From assembly GCF_006345805.1 (NCBI RefSeq), contig NC_043023.1, positions 20,894,001 to 20,958,000 of the forward strand: a DNA stretch of 64,000 bases, given 5' to 3'. Source of the stretch: Octopus sinensis (Eukaryota). The notes under the pieces were generated by a model, which was not told where the DNA came from, did not search any database, and saw only the letters and a program-made list of their open reading frames with translations. Positions 1-57,543 of the stretch are shown here, piece by piece (the first letter of the stretch is position 1; the number at the start of each line of letters is the position of its first letter). A program made the translations under genes and the position numbers.

Positions 1-603
1 TTCGTGCAAATATTTTTTGGGAGGTGTTAATTCCCACACAGTGAAATTCTTTGCCTTTGCCATAACGTAAGAAAAATACAGTTCAAAATGATAAACTAAA
101 ATTAGACACAGAAAGGAGAAAAAAATGCAACAGAAGGGAAGAAATAAATTAAAAATGGCAGTTCAAAAAGGTTTTTACAAATAAATAATAGACAGAGAAA
201 GAGAGTTCAATTCAGACAAAGGAATTCAGTTCTTTTTTTTTTCCACTTCTTCGGCCCAAAATTGTAATCCAGGCCAAATGCACTTGGTAAAACCCTTGGT
301 AAATAATCCTTGGTAATCCGTGGACAACACAACGACAATTTCAACAATAATTTTTTTTCAGACGGACTATGCCGCTTCAAAAATACAATTTCTTTTTACT
401 CGACACAGGCAGAAAAATTATATCCGGAGCAAAGTGGAGCCTCATTACTTGCTAAAAAATATTAAATGCTAAAAAAACATTCATGCAAGTAATAAAACTT
501 CACTTCGCCCGCAAAAATACAAAACGCCTACCTGTAGTCGAGTCAAATGTTCAATAGTTCACGTTAACACGTGACATTTGCCGGAGCAAAAAACAGCACG
601 TCT

Positions 604-1347
604 GTCTGGTAAGAAGCTACTTACCACACAGCCACTTCTACGCTTATATATACATATATACATATATACGATGGGCTTCTTTTCAGTTTCCGTCTACCAA
701 ATCCACTCACAAGGCTTTGGTCGGCCCGAGGCTACAGTAGAAGACACTTGCCCAAGGTGCCACGCAGTGGGACTGAACCCGGAACCATGTGGTTGGTAAG
801 CAAGCTACTTACCACACATCACTTCTACGCTTATATATACATATAACATATATACGACGGGCTTCTTTTCAGTTTCCGTCTACCAAATCCACTCACAAGG
901 CTTTGGTCGGCCCGAGGCTACAGTAGAAGACACTTGCCTAAGGTGCCACGCAGTGGGACTGAACCCGAAACTATGTGGTTGGTAAACAAGCTACTTTTTT
1001 TTTTGTTTCTTTGGCAAAGTCGACCTCGGTGGAATTTGAACTCAGAACGTAGCGGCAGACGAAATACCTATTTCTTTACTACCCACAAGGGGCTAAACAC
1101 AGAGCGGACAAACAAGAACAGACATAGGTATTAAGTCGATTACATCGATCCCAGTGCGTAACTGGTACTTAATTTATCGACCCTGAAAGGATGAAAGGCA
1201 AAGTCGACCTCGGCGGAATTTGAAATCACAACGTAACGGCAGACGAAATACCGCTAAGCATTTCGTCCGGCGTGCTAACGTTTCTGCAAACTCGCCACCT
1301 TAAACAAGCTTAAACAAGCTACTTACCACACAGCCACTCCTACGCCT
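604..1347 (-). mobile_element. tRNA-derived SINE family A (duplicated heads) with a Meta-domain-like SINE B inserted at about 1015-1300
   Basis: Head GGCGCAGGAGTGGCTGTGTGGTAAG with A/B-box-like motifs; same family recurs more than 10 times in the window; aaacaagct is repeated around the SINE B insert. Confidence 0.8.
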
Positions 1348-1559
1348 ATGCATATATATATACGTTAACATAGAGATTTGCATACGACCTATTTCTTATA
1401 CAATGAAAGATTTCATTCAAATCGTGACTCATTATTCTCTTTTCGTTAACAATGAACTTATTTCTCTCAAAAAACAGAACTTGATTCTATTCAAATCTGA
1501 GGTCAGCTTTTTGCCTCAATTCAGAAAAATAGGTAAAACTGAAGTACATATGCGCTGAC

Positions 1560-2390
1560 ACTTTACCTGTCTGTCTATTTACCTTCCTATCTCTCTCCCG
1601 CCTTCACTCACTCCTTCCCTCCATCCATTCATCCTCTATCCGCTCTTTCTATCTCCCTCCCTCCCTCCCTCCTTCTCTATCTTCCTCTCCCTATCTCCCG
1701 CCCTCCCCATCTCCCCCTCCGTCCCTGTCTCTCTCTCCCTCCCTTTCTATTTCTCTCCCCCCTCCCTATCTATCTCACCCCCTCTCTATCTCCCCTCTCT
1801 CTCCTTCCTTCCCTCCCTTTCTCTCCCCCTCCCATCTCTCCCCTTGTCTCTCCCTTCCCCCTCCCCCTCCCCTATCTCAGTTTCTCTGTCTACCTCTCTC
1901 TCACTCTGTCTATCTCTCTCTCACTCTATCTACCTCTCTCTCACTCTATCTACCTCTCTTTCACTCTGTCTATCTGCCTCTCTCTCACTCTCTCTACCTC
2001 TCTCTCACTCTGTCTATCTACCTCTCTTTCACTCTCTCTACCTCTCTCTCACTCTATCTATCTACCTCTCTCTCACTCTATCTACCCTTCTCTCACTCTG
2101 TCCATCTACCTCTCTCTCACTCTGTTTAATCTACTTCTCTCTCACTCTCTCTACCTCTCTCTCACTCTGTCTATCTACCTCTCTCTCACTCTGTCTATCT
2201 ACCTCTCTCTCACTCTATCTGTCTACCTCTCTCTCACTCTGTTTATTGACCTCTCTCTCACTCTATCTACCTCTCTCTCACTCTGTTTATCTACTTCTCT
2301 CTCACTCTATCTACCCCTCTCTCACTCTGTCTATCTACCTCTCTCTCACTCTGTCTATCTACCTCTCTCTCACTCTATCTATCTACACTC
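1560..2390. repeat. CT-rich low-complexity/minisatellite tract (ctctctcactct(g/a)tctatctac-type units)
   Basis: Polypyrimidine repeats seen directly. Confidence 0.9.
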
Positions 2391-2606
2391 TCTTACACTG
2401 GCGTCATCCAGGTGTTGTGGTCATGCTGGGGCACCACCATTAGTGTGATTTTTTCTATATTTTAATTACACTTTCAGAACCTTGTCCGTGAGGGCTAATT
2501 TCACAGGTGAAGCAAGCATTTGGACTAAGCCGCCCTTGTTTGTGCCTTTTGCTCTCACGTTGCCTTCATCTGGTAGCACTTCATCTGGTATCTAGTAACA
2601 CTGATA

Positions 2607-2987
2607 GAAACGCAATGGCCCAGTGGTTAGGGCAGCGGACTCGCGATCGTAGGATCGCAGTTTCGATTCCCTGACAGGGCGTTGTGAGTGTTTATTGAGC
2701 GAAAACACCTAAAAGCTCCACGAGGCTCCGGCAGGGGATGGTGGTGATCCCTGCTGTACTCTTTCACCACTCTTTCTCTCACTCTTACTTCCTGTTTCTG
2801 TTGTACCTGTATTTCAAGGGGCCAGCCTTGTCACTCTGTGTGTCACGCTTAATATCCCCGAGAACTACGTTAAGGGTACACGTGTCTGTGGAGTGCTCAG
2901 CCACTTACACGTTAATTTCATGAGCAGGCTGTTCCGTCGATCGGATCAACCGGAACCCTCATCGTCGTAACCGACGGAGTGCTTCCA
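2607..2987 (+). mobile_element. tRNA-derived SINE family C, full length with target-site duplication
   Basis: tRNA-like head TGGCCCAGTGGTTAGGGCAGCGGACTCGCG...; TSD gtaacactgata at 2595-2606 and 2988-2999; further copies near 23365-23665(-), 32080-32465(+), 34060-34422(+), 41330-41650(-). Confidence 0.88.
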
Positions 2988-3009
2988 GTAACACTGATAC
3001 TAATCAGCA

Positions 3010-3236
3010 CACCTCCCATGACTTTCGGAAATATTTTTTCACGCTAAGAAACTTCCATGCTTCCTGAGATTCGCCAACACTACACCTGATTTTCTCCCCT
3101 CTATACACACACAAGCATGTATCTGACTCATACACTGTTCACTTTCCAGACATTTGTACATTACTGCATATGCTTTATACACACTTTTGACAAGTTGTGG
3201 TGCACCTGAGCACTGTATACAATGATTTCATTATTA

Positions 3237-3283
<47 letters not shown>

Positions 3284-3295
3284 ATTATCATTATT

Positions 3296-3326
<31 letters not shown>

Positions 3327-3371
3327 TTAATATTATTATCATTATTATTATTATTATTAATATTATTATCA

Positions 3372-3409
<38 letters not shown>

Positions 3410-3413
3410 ATTA

Positions 3414-3455
<42 letters not shown>

Positions 3456-3482
3456 TTAATATTATTATCATTATTATTATTA

Positions 3483-3522
<40 letters not shown>

Positions 3523-3810
3523 TTATTATTATTATTATCATCATCATCATTATTAAAATTATTAACCATCTCACAAACAATAACTCTGAGCACCTTTTCA
3601 AACTCCATCTGTCTAACACCCGTGGACATGTTTACAAAGTCAGAAAACAGCACAGGTCCCATGACATTCGGAAATTTTTTTTCACACTAAGAGTTGCTGA
3701 AGTATGGAACAAACTTCCGGCATCAGTTGTTAGTTGTCGGAGCACTGCATCCTTCAAAACTTCCATGCTTCCTGAGATTCGCCAACACTACACCTGTTTC
3801 ACATAAAAGA
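3010..3810 (+). mobile_element. CR1-like LINE 3' ends separated by a (TTA)n tail
   Basis: NTRGHVYKVRKQH...DIRKFFFTLRVAEVWNKLPASVV is the CR1-type ORF2 C-terminus; related copies at 18250-18680(-) and 40420-40700(-). Confidence 0.75.
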
Positions 3811-4104
3811 TTTCTCTAAATATCATTTGAAAACGTCCACATCCACACCTAACAAATAATTGTGACAATGTAGTGAAATATTCAAAATCGTAAGGTAACC
3901 AATCTGTTAATTTATTAGCTTCTGGTTCGAAATGGAAATCGTGTGTACCATACCACTATGCCTTCAGTGTGGGGGTCGGGTAAATCTTATATAAACGCCA
4001 ACGGAAAAATCCTGAATAATTCATAAGACAGTCTTATAAATTACAGTTTCTACCTGTCTATGGAGAATCACTATGAACTTACATCCACCATTTTGTTCCT
4101 GCTA

Positions 4105-5012
4105 AATTTGTATCATTTTATAATTCTATAATTTATATCATAATTCTATAATTCTATAATTCTATAATTCTATAAGTTATAATTTATATTTTATAATTCT
4201 ATAATTTATATTTTATAATTCTATAATTCAATAATTTATAATTACATATAATTTATATCATAATTATATAATTCTATAATTCTATAATTTATAATTCATA
4301 TTTTATAATTTTATAATTTATATCATAATTCTCTTATTTATAATTACATATAATTTATATCATAATTCTATAATTCTATAATTCTATAATTTATATTTTA
4401 TAATTCTATAATTCTATAATTTATAATTCTATAATTCACAATTCTATAATTTATAACTACATATAATTTATAATAACATATAATTTATATCATAATTATA
4501 TAATTATATAATTCTATAATTTATAATTTATATTTTATAATTCTATAATTTATATCATAATTCTATAATTCTTTAAGTTATAATTTATATTTTATAATTC
4601 TATAATGTATATCATAATTCTATAATTCTATAATTATAATTTATAATTCTATAATTTATAACTACATATAATTTATAATAACATATAATTTATATCATAA
4701 TTATATAATTCTATAATTTATAATTTATAATTTATATTTTATAATTCTATAATTTATATCATAATTCTATAATTCTATAATTCTATAATTTATAATTTAT
4801 ATTTTATAATTCTATAATTCTATAATTTATAATTCTATAGTTTATATCATAATTCTCTAATTTATAATTACATATAATTTATATCATAATTCTATAATTC
4901 TATAATTCTATAATTTATAATTTATATTTTATAATTCTATAATTCTATAATTCTGTAATTTATAATTCTATAATTCTATAATTTATAATTCTATAATTCT
5001 ATAATTTATATC
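4105..5012. repeat. About 900-bp AT-rich minisatellite of attctata/atttata-type units, almost G-free on the + strand
   Basis: Direct inspection. Confidence 0.9.
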
Positions 5013-5391
5013 ATTCTGTCACACTACATAAGAAGCAATTTGATACCTTTGCAACAACCAGACCCTCTTATATAGTATTATACTTGCATCAGCTCAGCCG
5101 ATGTATTAACAATGGTCAACCGTTATTTGCAGACATTCCGCAATGTTTAGGTTCTTGGACTGCTCTCCACTTATTCTCTATATGTATTATACACCTGTAT
5201 TCTTTGCTATTAAACACATATATTTATATACATACATATACATAATTTTATACACACACACACACACGCATATAGATAGATTATTTTTGTTCTTTCATTC
5301 TTTTACCTGTTTCAGTCTTGAGACTGTGGCCATGCTGAGGCACCGACTTGAAGTATTTTAGTAGAAGTAGTAGTTGTTGTTAATGATGATG

Positions 5392-5436
<45 letters not shown>

Positions 5437-5471
5437 TGATGATGATGATGATGATGATGAGGATGATGATG

Positions 5472-5523
<52 letters not shown>

Positions 5524-5552
5524 TAATAATAATGATAAAAATAATAATAACA

Positions 5553-6110
5553 AAATACCCTGATGCAGTACCAGGCAGTGGCTCTCGTGGCTTCTGATCT
5601 TAACTGATTGGAAATGTTATCATGTACATTGTTTTGTCTTGGTATAAAAGATGGGCTACAGCAAATATTCTGCTCAACACCACAGATTTGCTTGTCAGTT
5701 GTTTGACCTTAACCAGTTGAGCATGTCCCTTAGTGGCTGACGATATGTGCATCTCTGATCATGAGCAGAAGTAGTGGGAGAGCATCATAGCCATGTGTTG
5801 AGAGGGATTCTTTGGGGTCTGAATAATTCACCAGTGGAAACATAGGTGGTTTGTTCAACATCCTTAAACAACTCTTATTCAGGAACCTTTCGAGTGGAAT
5901 GGGTTACTTGACTTGAAGAAAATTCTAACTGGGCCCTTCCTGCAAGGTCATGCGCTGTTTATCTTGATATGAGATCACCATGTCGCGCACATATGGTTGT
6001 GATGCATGTGCCTAGTGTACCCTTATCAGACGGGTAGTCATGATGGGTATACTGGGCTTCGTATATTTTACCCCAGTATAACTTTGATGGCATGCACTGC
6101 TCTCTCACTC
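5553..6110 (+). mobile_element. Unclassified about 560-bp interspersed-repeat-like sequence embedded between two (TAA)n tracts
   Basis: Complex non-coding sequence bounded by (AAT)n at about 5395-5552 and 6110-6460; single copy in this window, so repeat status is inferred. Confidence 0.4.
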
Positions 6111-6156
6111 AATAATAATAATAATAATAATAATGATAATAATAATAATAATAATG

Positions 6157-6187
<31 letters not shown>

Positions 6188-6320
6188 TAATAATAATAAT
6201 AATGATAATAATGATGATGATGATGATGAGGATGATGATGATGATGGTAATAATAATAAAGATAATAATAATAATGATGATAATAATAATAACAATAATA
6301 ATAACAATAACAATAATAAT

Positions 6321-6382
<62 letters not shown>

Positions 6383-6479
6383 TAATAATAATAACAATAA
6401 CAATAATAATAATAATAATAATAATAATGATAATAATGATGATAATAATAATAATAATAATGAGGAAGATTGAAAAGGT

Positions 6480-7015
6480 ATGTCAAAAGACTTTATACTG
6501 TGGCACCTGCTTCTTCCGCCAGTCAGCACTGCTATGCATTATGTAATAGAATGGGCAAGACTTACAAGGGGCCAGAATCGAAACATTTATTTACTTCTCT
6601 CACAGGAAAGCATCAAGGTGCATGAAAAAGTGGTAGTCGGTAAGAGAAAGGTCTGGGGAATAAGCTGGGTGGGGAAGAGCTTCGTGGCCAAGTTCCCTCG
6701 ACTTCTGGAAGGTCATTAGGGAAACGTGTGGTCAGGCATTGCTATGAAGGATAGTTGCCCCTAACCCCACTGCACCTCTGTTGACCAGTCTGGGACAGAG
6801 TTCGTTCGATTTGGCAATTTCATGGCAATATGTTTCTGGAGAAATTGTTTCATTGTTTCTCTGGATTTTAAGTTATAGAGGATGAGTCCAGCAGCACATC
6901 ACCAAACAGTCACCATAACCTTCTATTTGAAGAGCTCGGGTTTAGGGCAGGATTTCAGTACATGGTCAAAGTGCATAGCATCTTGGGCGAGTGTCGTGTA
7001 CCATAAGTTAGGGAT
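6480..7015 (-). mobile_element. Degenerate mariner transposase fragment
   Basis: Manual translation gives ELGHEALPHPAYSPDLSLTDYHFF and KVMVTVW, with stops and frameshifts. Confidence 0.75.
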
Positions 7016-7121
7016 ATGTATATATATCTATATATATAGTTAATACAAACAAGAAAACACAGCAACGCGAGGACGTGGAACAATTAAAGTATTATTTGAC
7101 GCTCAGGAAAGAAGGAAAATA

Positions 7122-7167
<46 letters not shown>

Positions 7168-7203
7168 CATACACACACACAACATTTATAAATATACATA
7201 TAT

Positions 7204-7286
<83 letters not shown>

Positions 7287-7576
7287 TTTTACTATTATTG
7301 TTTTTACTATTATTGTTTTTTGTATTTTATATTCGTGTGGCATCGTCCGTTTTTCTGTCCCTGTTTCATATATATTCGATCCTTTTTCCAAGAAATTTAA
7401 TGCTCGTAGCTGGCCGGATCGGAGCGATCTCAAGATTAATCAGCCGAAATTGCTAGTGTGACCCGGTTCTTGACTGAAGATTGAAGGCTTCGAATGTCCC
7501 GTCCGTGTTTTTTGTATCGTCTTCTAAATGTTTTACGTTCTTGTCCCAGTTTGTATTTTTCTACATATAATATATA

Positions 7577-7619
<43 letters not shown>

Positions 7620-8020
7620 AGTCTGACTTGGTGCGGACGTCCTAGTATGCAGTTCTGCAAATTATATTCATTTGGACAGTCACACCGAAGATCTACGGAC
7701 ATCTTACGTACGTAAAATCACGTAATATGGTGATAGTGAAACATGTATGTTAATAATCCATATTTTTATTGCTTTTCTTTTGTCTTGCTCGATTACGTTT
7801 TGGTTGTTTTGCTGAATTTTTCTTGAGAACATTTCTTAGTGGTAAGACTGTAGAGGATCTATTTCTAGCATAAGGGTGTCCACATAGTGGTTCCCCTCTA
7901 ATATGTATACAATACAATTTTACTGAACTTTCAAGTTTTTTTATATGCTAGATCACTGGTGTGAAATCGATGTTAATTAAATTAATATCTAATTTCTCAC
8001 CCTCATTTTAAATTTATATA

Positions 8021-9296
8021 CGAGGGGCGTTCAATAAGTAATACCCCTGACCCACTTCCCATAGCAGTAGTGCAACGACACTTAGCACAGTTATTAGTCT
8101 TTTCCTACATAGGAACTACCCAGAGTTATGCATTTCTCCCATCGTTTGATACATCTCTGGAGACCGTTTTTGTAGAAGATCCCAGCTTGGTCCTCTAACC
8201 ACGACGTGACTTCAGAAATCAAGGCTGCATCATCTGGGAAACGCTTTCCTTTCAAAATCAACTTCATGGCTGAGAAGAGGTGAAAATCAGAGGGTGCAAG
8301 GTCAGCAGAGTAGGGGGATGGGGGAGGAGTTCATAGCTGCACGCCTGTGTTTCTGATCTGGCGACACGCGAGTTGTGGACCGGAGCGTTGTCCTGCAGGA
8401 GGAGGATGCCTTTGCTGATCTTGCCCCGCCTCTTGGTTTTGATAGCTTCTCTTAATTTCCTCAAAAGTGAAGCATAATAGGCTCCTGTAATTGTGGTACC
8501 CTTTGCCAGGAAATCTGTCATCACTACTCCGTCCTGGTCCCAGAAGACTGTGAGCATAACCTTGTCAGCGGAGGGCTGCACCCTTGCCTTCTTTGGAGGA
8601 GGTGAGTCACGGTGCTTTCACTGCATTGACTGGGCTTTGGTCTATGGATCATAGTGATGGACCCAGGTTTTATCCCGTGTAATCAGTCTTTTGAAAAATT
8701 TTGACTCATCTTCATGGCACATCTTCAAATTCATCCTCGAGCACTCAACGCGTTCTTGCTTCTGGAAAGGTGTGAGCAACCTGGAAATCCATCTGGCAGA
8801 CACCTTTGCATATGCAAATGGTCATGAATGATAGTTTCCACAGACCAGGTACTTGACCTTATGGGCTTTTTGTCGAATAGTTATGCGTTGACCTTCCAAA
8901 ATGGCAGCCTCAACTTGACGGACAGACGTCTCATCAACGGCAGACCAGATCTGGGAGCTGTTTCCACAGAGTTCCGACCATGTTTGAATTCACGATGCCA
9001 GCGTTTTACAAGGTCATATGATGGGGCATCATCACCATAAGTTACTTTCATTTCATCAAAAGTCTCCCGTGGTGTGCGTCCTTTCAAATACAAAAACCAG
9101 ATCACTGCTCGACACTCAACAGGCTCCATTTCACACTTGACTCAGTTCAAACACCTGTAAATCAGAAACCACAATTAGTTCAGAGCTGTAATTCGCCACT
9201 TAATCTATATAGGTATAAATAAGTGCACATGCAAAATTTCAGCTAGATCAAACAACTGCAAGTGAGTCAGGGGCATTACTTATTGAACGCCCCTCG
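8021..9296 (-). mobile_element. Full-length (1276 bp) mariner (DD34D) element, transposase frameshifted
   Basis: TIR CGAGGGGCGTTCAATAAGTAAT.CCCCTGAC at both ends with TA flanks; MEPVECRAVI..., VMLTVFWD and QDNAPVH motifs split across frames. Confidence 0.95.
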
Positions 9297-9357
9297 TATG
9301 TGACCGGTTTGTTCCAGTTTCTGCCTACACAATCTACTGATACGGGTTTCGTCAGAC

Positions 9358-9718
9358 AAAGAGATTAAGTCGATTATATCGACCCTAGTGCGTATCTGGT
9401 ACTTAATTTATCAACCCCGAAAGGATGAAAGGCAAAGTCGACCTCGGTGGAATTTGAACTCAGAACGTAGCGGCAGATGAAATACCTATTTCTTTACTAC
9501 CCACAAGGGGCTAAACACAGAGGAGACAAACAAGGACAGACAAAGGGATTAAGTCGATTACATCGACCCTAGTGCGTAAATGGTACTTAATTTACCGACC
9601 CCGAAAGGATGAAAGGCAAAGTCGATCTCGGTGGAATTTGAACTCAGAACGTAACAGCAGACGAAATACCGCTAAGCATTTCGCCCGCTGTGCTAACGTT
9701 TCTGCCAGCTCGCCGTCT
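9358..9718 (-). mobile_element. Meta-domain-like SINE B with tandemly repeated body
   Basis: Core GCCTTTCATCCTTTCGGGGTCGATAAATTAAGTACC resembles the MetaSINE central domain (recalled, not searched); other copies near 25200-25690, 26137-26590, 28290-28520, 40700-40975, 46262-46480. Confidence 0.75.
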
Positions 9719-9877
9719 TGAGAAGTGATAATTCCATTAGACAAGGAATGATGCTATTTTGGATTTTTCGAGAAGAAAAATGAGTAGAGTGGATAAAGGG
9801 AGGCAAACGGTGGCAAGGGGGACAACTACCTCCTCAGCATTATTGAATATGATATGAGAAATAATTTCTACAGGAAA

Positions 9878-10308
9878 TCTCTCTATATATAAACGGCAGT
9901 TTGTCTGTCTGTGTGTCTGTCAGGTTGTACCCTCACCCTGACCACGGCTTTCAACCGATTCTGATGAAACTTGACACACACATAGCCCAATGTCATAATT
10001 CAAAACTAACGCAGCGAAAATTTTGAAAAGTTCCCCCAGTTATGAAAAAATCGATAAATTCGACATGGGGTCGAGAATCTAAGCTTTTTATATGCAACAC
10101 ATTTTCTGTCTAGGGGACACAACTCGACCTTTTTATCGCCCAAAAGGACAGCTAGGAACATCGTATACACAGAAGTATTCGAGTGAAGAGAAGACATTGC
10201 AACCTACACATGCGCCTTCGTTCCCTAGAGGGAAAGGACTAGATTGGGATTAGTCGTTGCCTACTAGGGGCTCTTACATACCCGGGCAACGCCGGGCTAT
10301 GCTGCTAG
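9878..10308 (+). mobile_element. Non-autonomous Helitron-like element H1
   Basis: 5' TC after A; 3' hairpin cccgg-gcaacg-ccggg then CTAG followed by T; no TSD; second copy at 24712-25121. Confidence 0.8.
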
Positions 10309-10510
10309 TGTGAAAATAAAAATAATAATTGCAATTTTGAAAAATTGTGAAAAACGAAATTGAAAATCACAAAAAGTCTCTTTCAGTTCAAAATATTTAC
10401 TCTTTTCTCCACTCGATATCTCTGAAGAGTGAATATGCATCTTTATTTCACACATGTGAGTGAGAACACTTTGAGATATTTTAGGTATCTAACATATGTC
10501 AGATACTGCG

Positions 10511-10614
10511 AGCGCTGTTTCTGATTGGTCAATCCATGGTGATGACCCGAGGTCACGGTGACAGCGCTGCTTCTGATTGGTCAATCCTTGGTGATGACCC
10601 GAGGTCACGGTGAC
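10511..10614. promoter_or_regulatory. 52-bp direct repeat x2, each with an NF-Y-type CCAAT box (ctgattggtc) and TGACCC-g-AGGTCA; candidate promoter/enhancer
   Basis: Motifs seen directly, about 1.5 kb upstream of the first coding exon; function is inferred. Confidence 0.35.
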
Positions 10615-10708
10615 GGCACTACTTTTGTCATTCATAAGTTACAACTAAACGTGAAGAATTTAGTTATTGGGTTAATAAAATATGGTCGTTTATTCGTGTA
10701 ATAAATAA

Positions 10709-10852
10709 AATACCAAACTCATTCCCTATGGATACCGTATTTATTACAACGAATGGCTTGTAAACGTATCTAACTCACTTTCGCTCGTTAGATACGTTTA
10801 CAAGCCATTCGTTGTAATAAATACAGTATCCATACGGAATGAGTTTGGTATT
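10709..10852. repeat. Hairpin with 66-bp arms and a 12-nt loop
   Basis: 10709-10774 is the reverse complement of 10787-10852 with 2 mismatches. Confidence 0.9.
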
Positions 10853-11082
10853 CTCTATTTAATATTATTTTCAATTTCACTTAAGTGAGATGCATAATTC
10901 ACAGAGCAATCGTAAGAACTTTAAATATCTTCATATTCTCGACTGTACAATACAATTTAATCATTAATATAATATTACAATTCTATATATTAATACATCC
11001 TTTCAGTTTTATATTTAAGAGATGAGGAATTATTTACATTATTTACAAATGACTGATATTTGTCCTCATCTTGTTTGTTGTT

Positions 11083-11128
11083 AACACACAGTTTCGGCTG
11101 ATATACCTTCCAGCCTTCATCAGGTGTC
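11083..11128 (-). ncRNA. Minimal hammerhead-like motif, Penelope-type terminus (degenerate stem III)
   Basis: acac-CTGATGA-a-ggctg..cagcc-GAAAC-tg-tgtgt. Confidence 0.4.
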
Positions 11129-11394
11129 TTGGAGAAATTTCGAACTTGGGTTCTCATTCCAAAGGTATTTTTCGATGTTGTAGTTGTTGTTTTGTTGTTG
11201 TTGTTATTATTATCATTATAATTCTTCTTCTTCTTCTTCTTCTTCTTCTTCTTCTTCTTCTTCTTCTTTCTTCTTTTTCTTTTTCTTTTTCTTTTTCTTC
11301 TTCTTCTTCTTCTTCTTCTTCTTCTTTTTCTCTTTTTCCTTTCTCTTTTTCTTTTCTTCTTCTTCCTTCTTCTTCTCTTCTTCTTCTTTCTGTT

Positions 11395-11425
<31 letters not shown>

Positions 11426-11635
11426 TTATATTATTATTATTATGGCGCAGTGGTTAAGAGCACGGGCTACTAACCCCAATATTCCGAGTTCGATTCCAGA
11501 CGTTAACCAGAAAAATGTTCACTTAAAGAGAATAACAAGCTGTATAATGCAAAACTTTTACTTTCCAAACATTCCAATTATAAAGGGTCGAACCACACCC
11601 GAGCAACGCCGGGCGATACTGCTACTATCTACATA

Positions 11636-11681
<46 letters not shown>

Positions 11682-11908
11682 ATATATTATATATATATAT
11701 ATATTATATTGAGGGTACTACTATTCGTATATACCACACGCTAAGAGGTGACCAATGCGGTCAAAACTACTAAAATAACAAAATTTACCGAATGCAAAAC
11801 TTGAAAGCAAATCATTTAAAAAAGAATTAGTTACATATCACCTGTGATTTCGCAATAATGCGAAATGCCTTCTCTCTCTCTCTCTCCTCTCTCTCTCGTC
11901 TATATATA

Positions 11909-11957
<49 letters not shown>

Positions 11958-11962
11958 TAATA

Positions 11963-12001
<39 letters not shown>

Positions 12002-12128
12002 GTGTTGGTAGTATCAATCGAAATAGTAGCTAAGTAGATGAGATCAAATCAAAGATGAATACAGGATGTTTTACCGTACAATCACCATTTTCTATTACTT
12101 ATTTTATTAATTTTTTTCACCAACAGAC

Positions 12129-56381
<44,253 letters not shown>

Positions 56382-56904
56382 ATCGTGAAAATGTTGTTTA
56401 GTCCCAGATCAGCCTTCACCAAGTAATGATCTATGATCGAAAGTCTCCCAGTGATCAAACGTAAAAAGCTACAGTAACACCCCCGCTTTGTGGTTAGCCA
56501 TACTGAGATGGCTTTTATACTTTACATCTCTAAAAATGCTTATATAGTTATTTCCCTTACAAACCCGAGCAACGCCGGGCGATACGGCTAGTATACTATA
56601 AGTTAAAACATCAGGTATCATTAAAATGAAAATGTGACCGGTTTGAGAAAATCGGACTTCAGATTCGTAATCAGCATCGAAAATTAACCCAGAAAAGTCA
56701 ATCAGCAACTCTGATGATTAAAAAAAATGTTTCATTTTGTTGATCAGTGTAATTAGAGAGAGATGCAATAGATTAGCTTTCAGAAACAGACTACGTACAA
56801 ATTCTTTCCTCAGAACTCCTGAAGTTGTTATAGATTATGCCTAACAGAAAACGATCACAGCCACATCATCCAAACAGACCGGGTGAAACCGGGCTTAACT
56901 GCTA

Positions 56905-56939
<35 letters not shown>

Positions 56940-57450
56940 AGTAGTTGAATGAATTATCTTATTAGGGATAATTCGAAAGATAACCGATACCTGGGTAGCA
57001 AATTCACATCAGAAAGAACACGGTTGAAGTTACGTCCCTAGGGCATAGACTAAATCCTGTCTTTATTGCTAATGTAGAAAACTCAGAACCACATCGTCCC
57101 ACTTGTCCTACCTTAAGATGATGAAGTGTGAATTTTGGTAAATTCAGTTATTATTTCTAGCAGATCTGTCAACCTAATAGAGACCACTTTACTGGTTTGG
57201 CTCCGTTATTAGTAATTAACTTTTAAAATAAAGATAAACTTTGAAATGTTCATCTGTTGTTGGTGTTGTTGTATATCTAATCACCTCCTTAAACACTTCC
57301 ATTGTTATAAAAACAAGAGAATGTCTGGTATATATATATATATATATATAAATAAGCAACAAGAATAACTTCGGTAATTTGGTACAATCGTTTCGCACTA
57401 CATCATTTTATTAAATGATACATTATTATGTATTAATGGAAAACCTCTAT

Positions 57451-57543
57451 TAATGGCTGATGAGTGCTCAACATTTTAAAACTGTTGTAATACTTACAAT
57501 GTTTAATAAAATGTTGTAGTGCGAAACGATCGTACCAAATTAC
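57451..57543 (+). ncRNA. Type I hammerhead ribozyme candidate with canonical core and GUA cleavage triplet
   Basis: tgg-CTGATGA(57457-63)-long stem II(57464-57522)-GAAA-ACGATCGT palindromic stem III-A57534-cca. Confidence 0.7.

Noticed and set aside
7440-7500. Additional hammerhead at CTGAAGA...CGAAT
   Set aside because: GAAA core broken (GAAT) and stems not convincing. At most a decayed Penelope-type terminus.
11443-11500. tRNA gene (also tRNA-like heads at 2607, 32080, 49688, 59255, 60146)
   Set aside because: A/B-box-like motifs are present but there is no intact acceptor stem. Most continue into SINE bodies, so they are SINE heads or pseudo-tRNAs.
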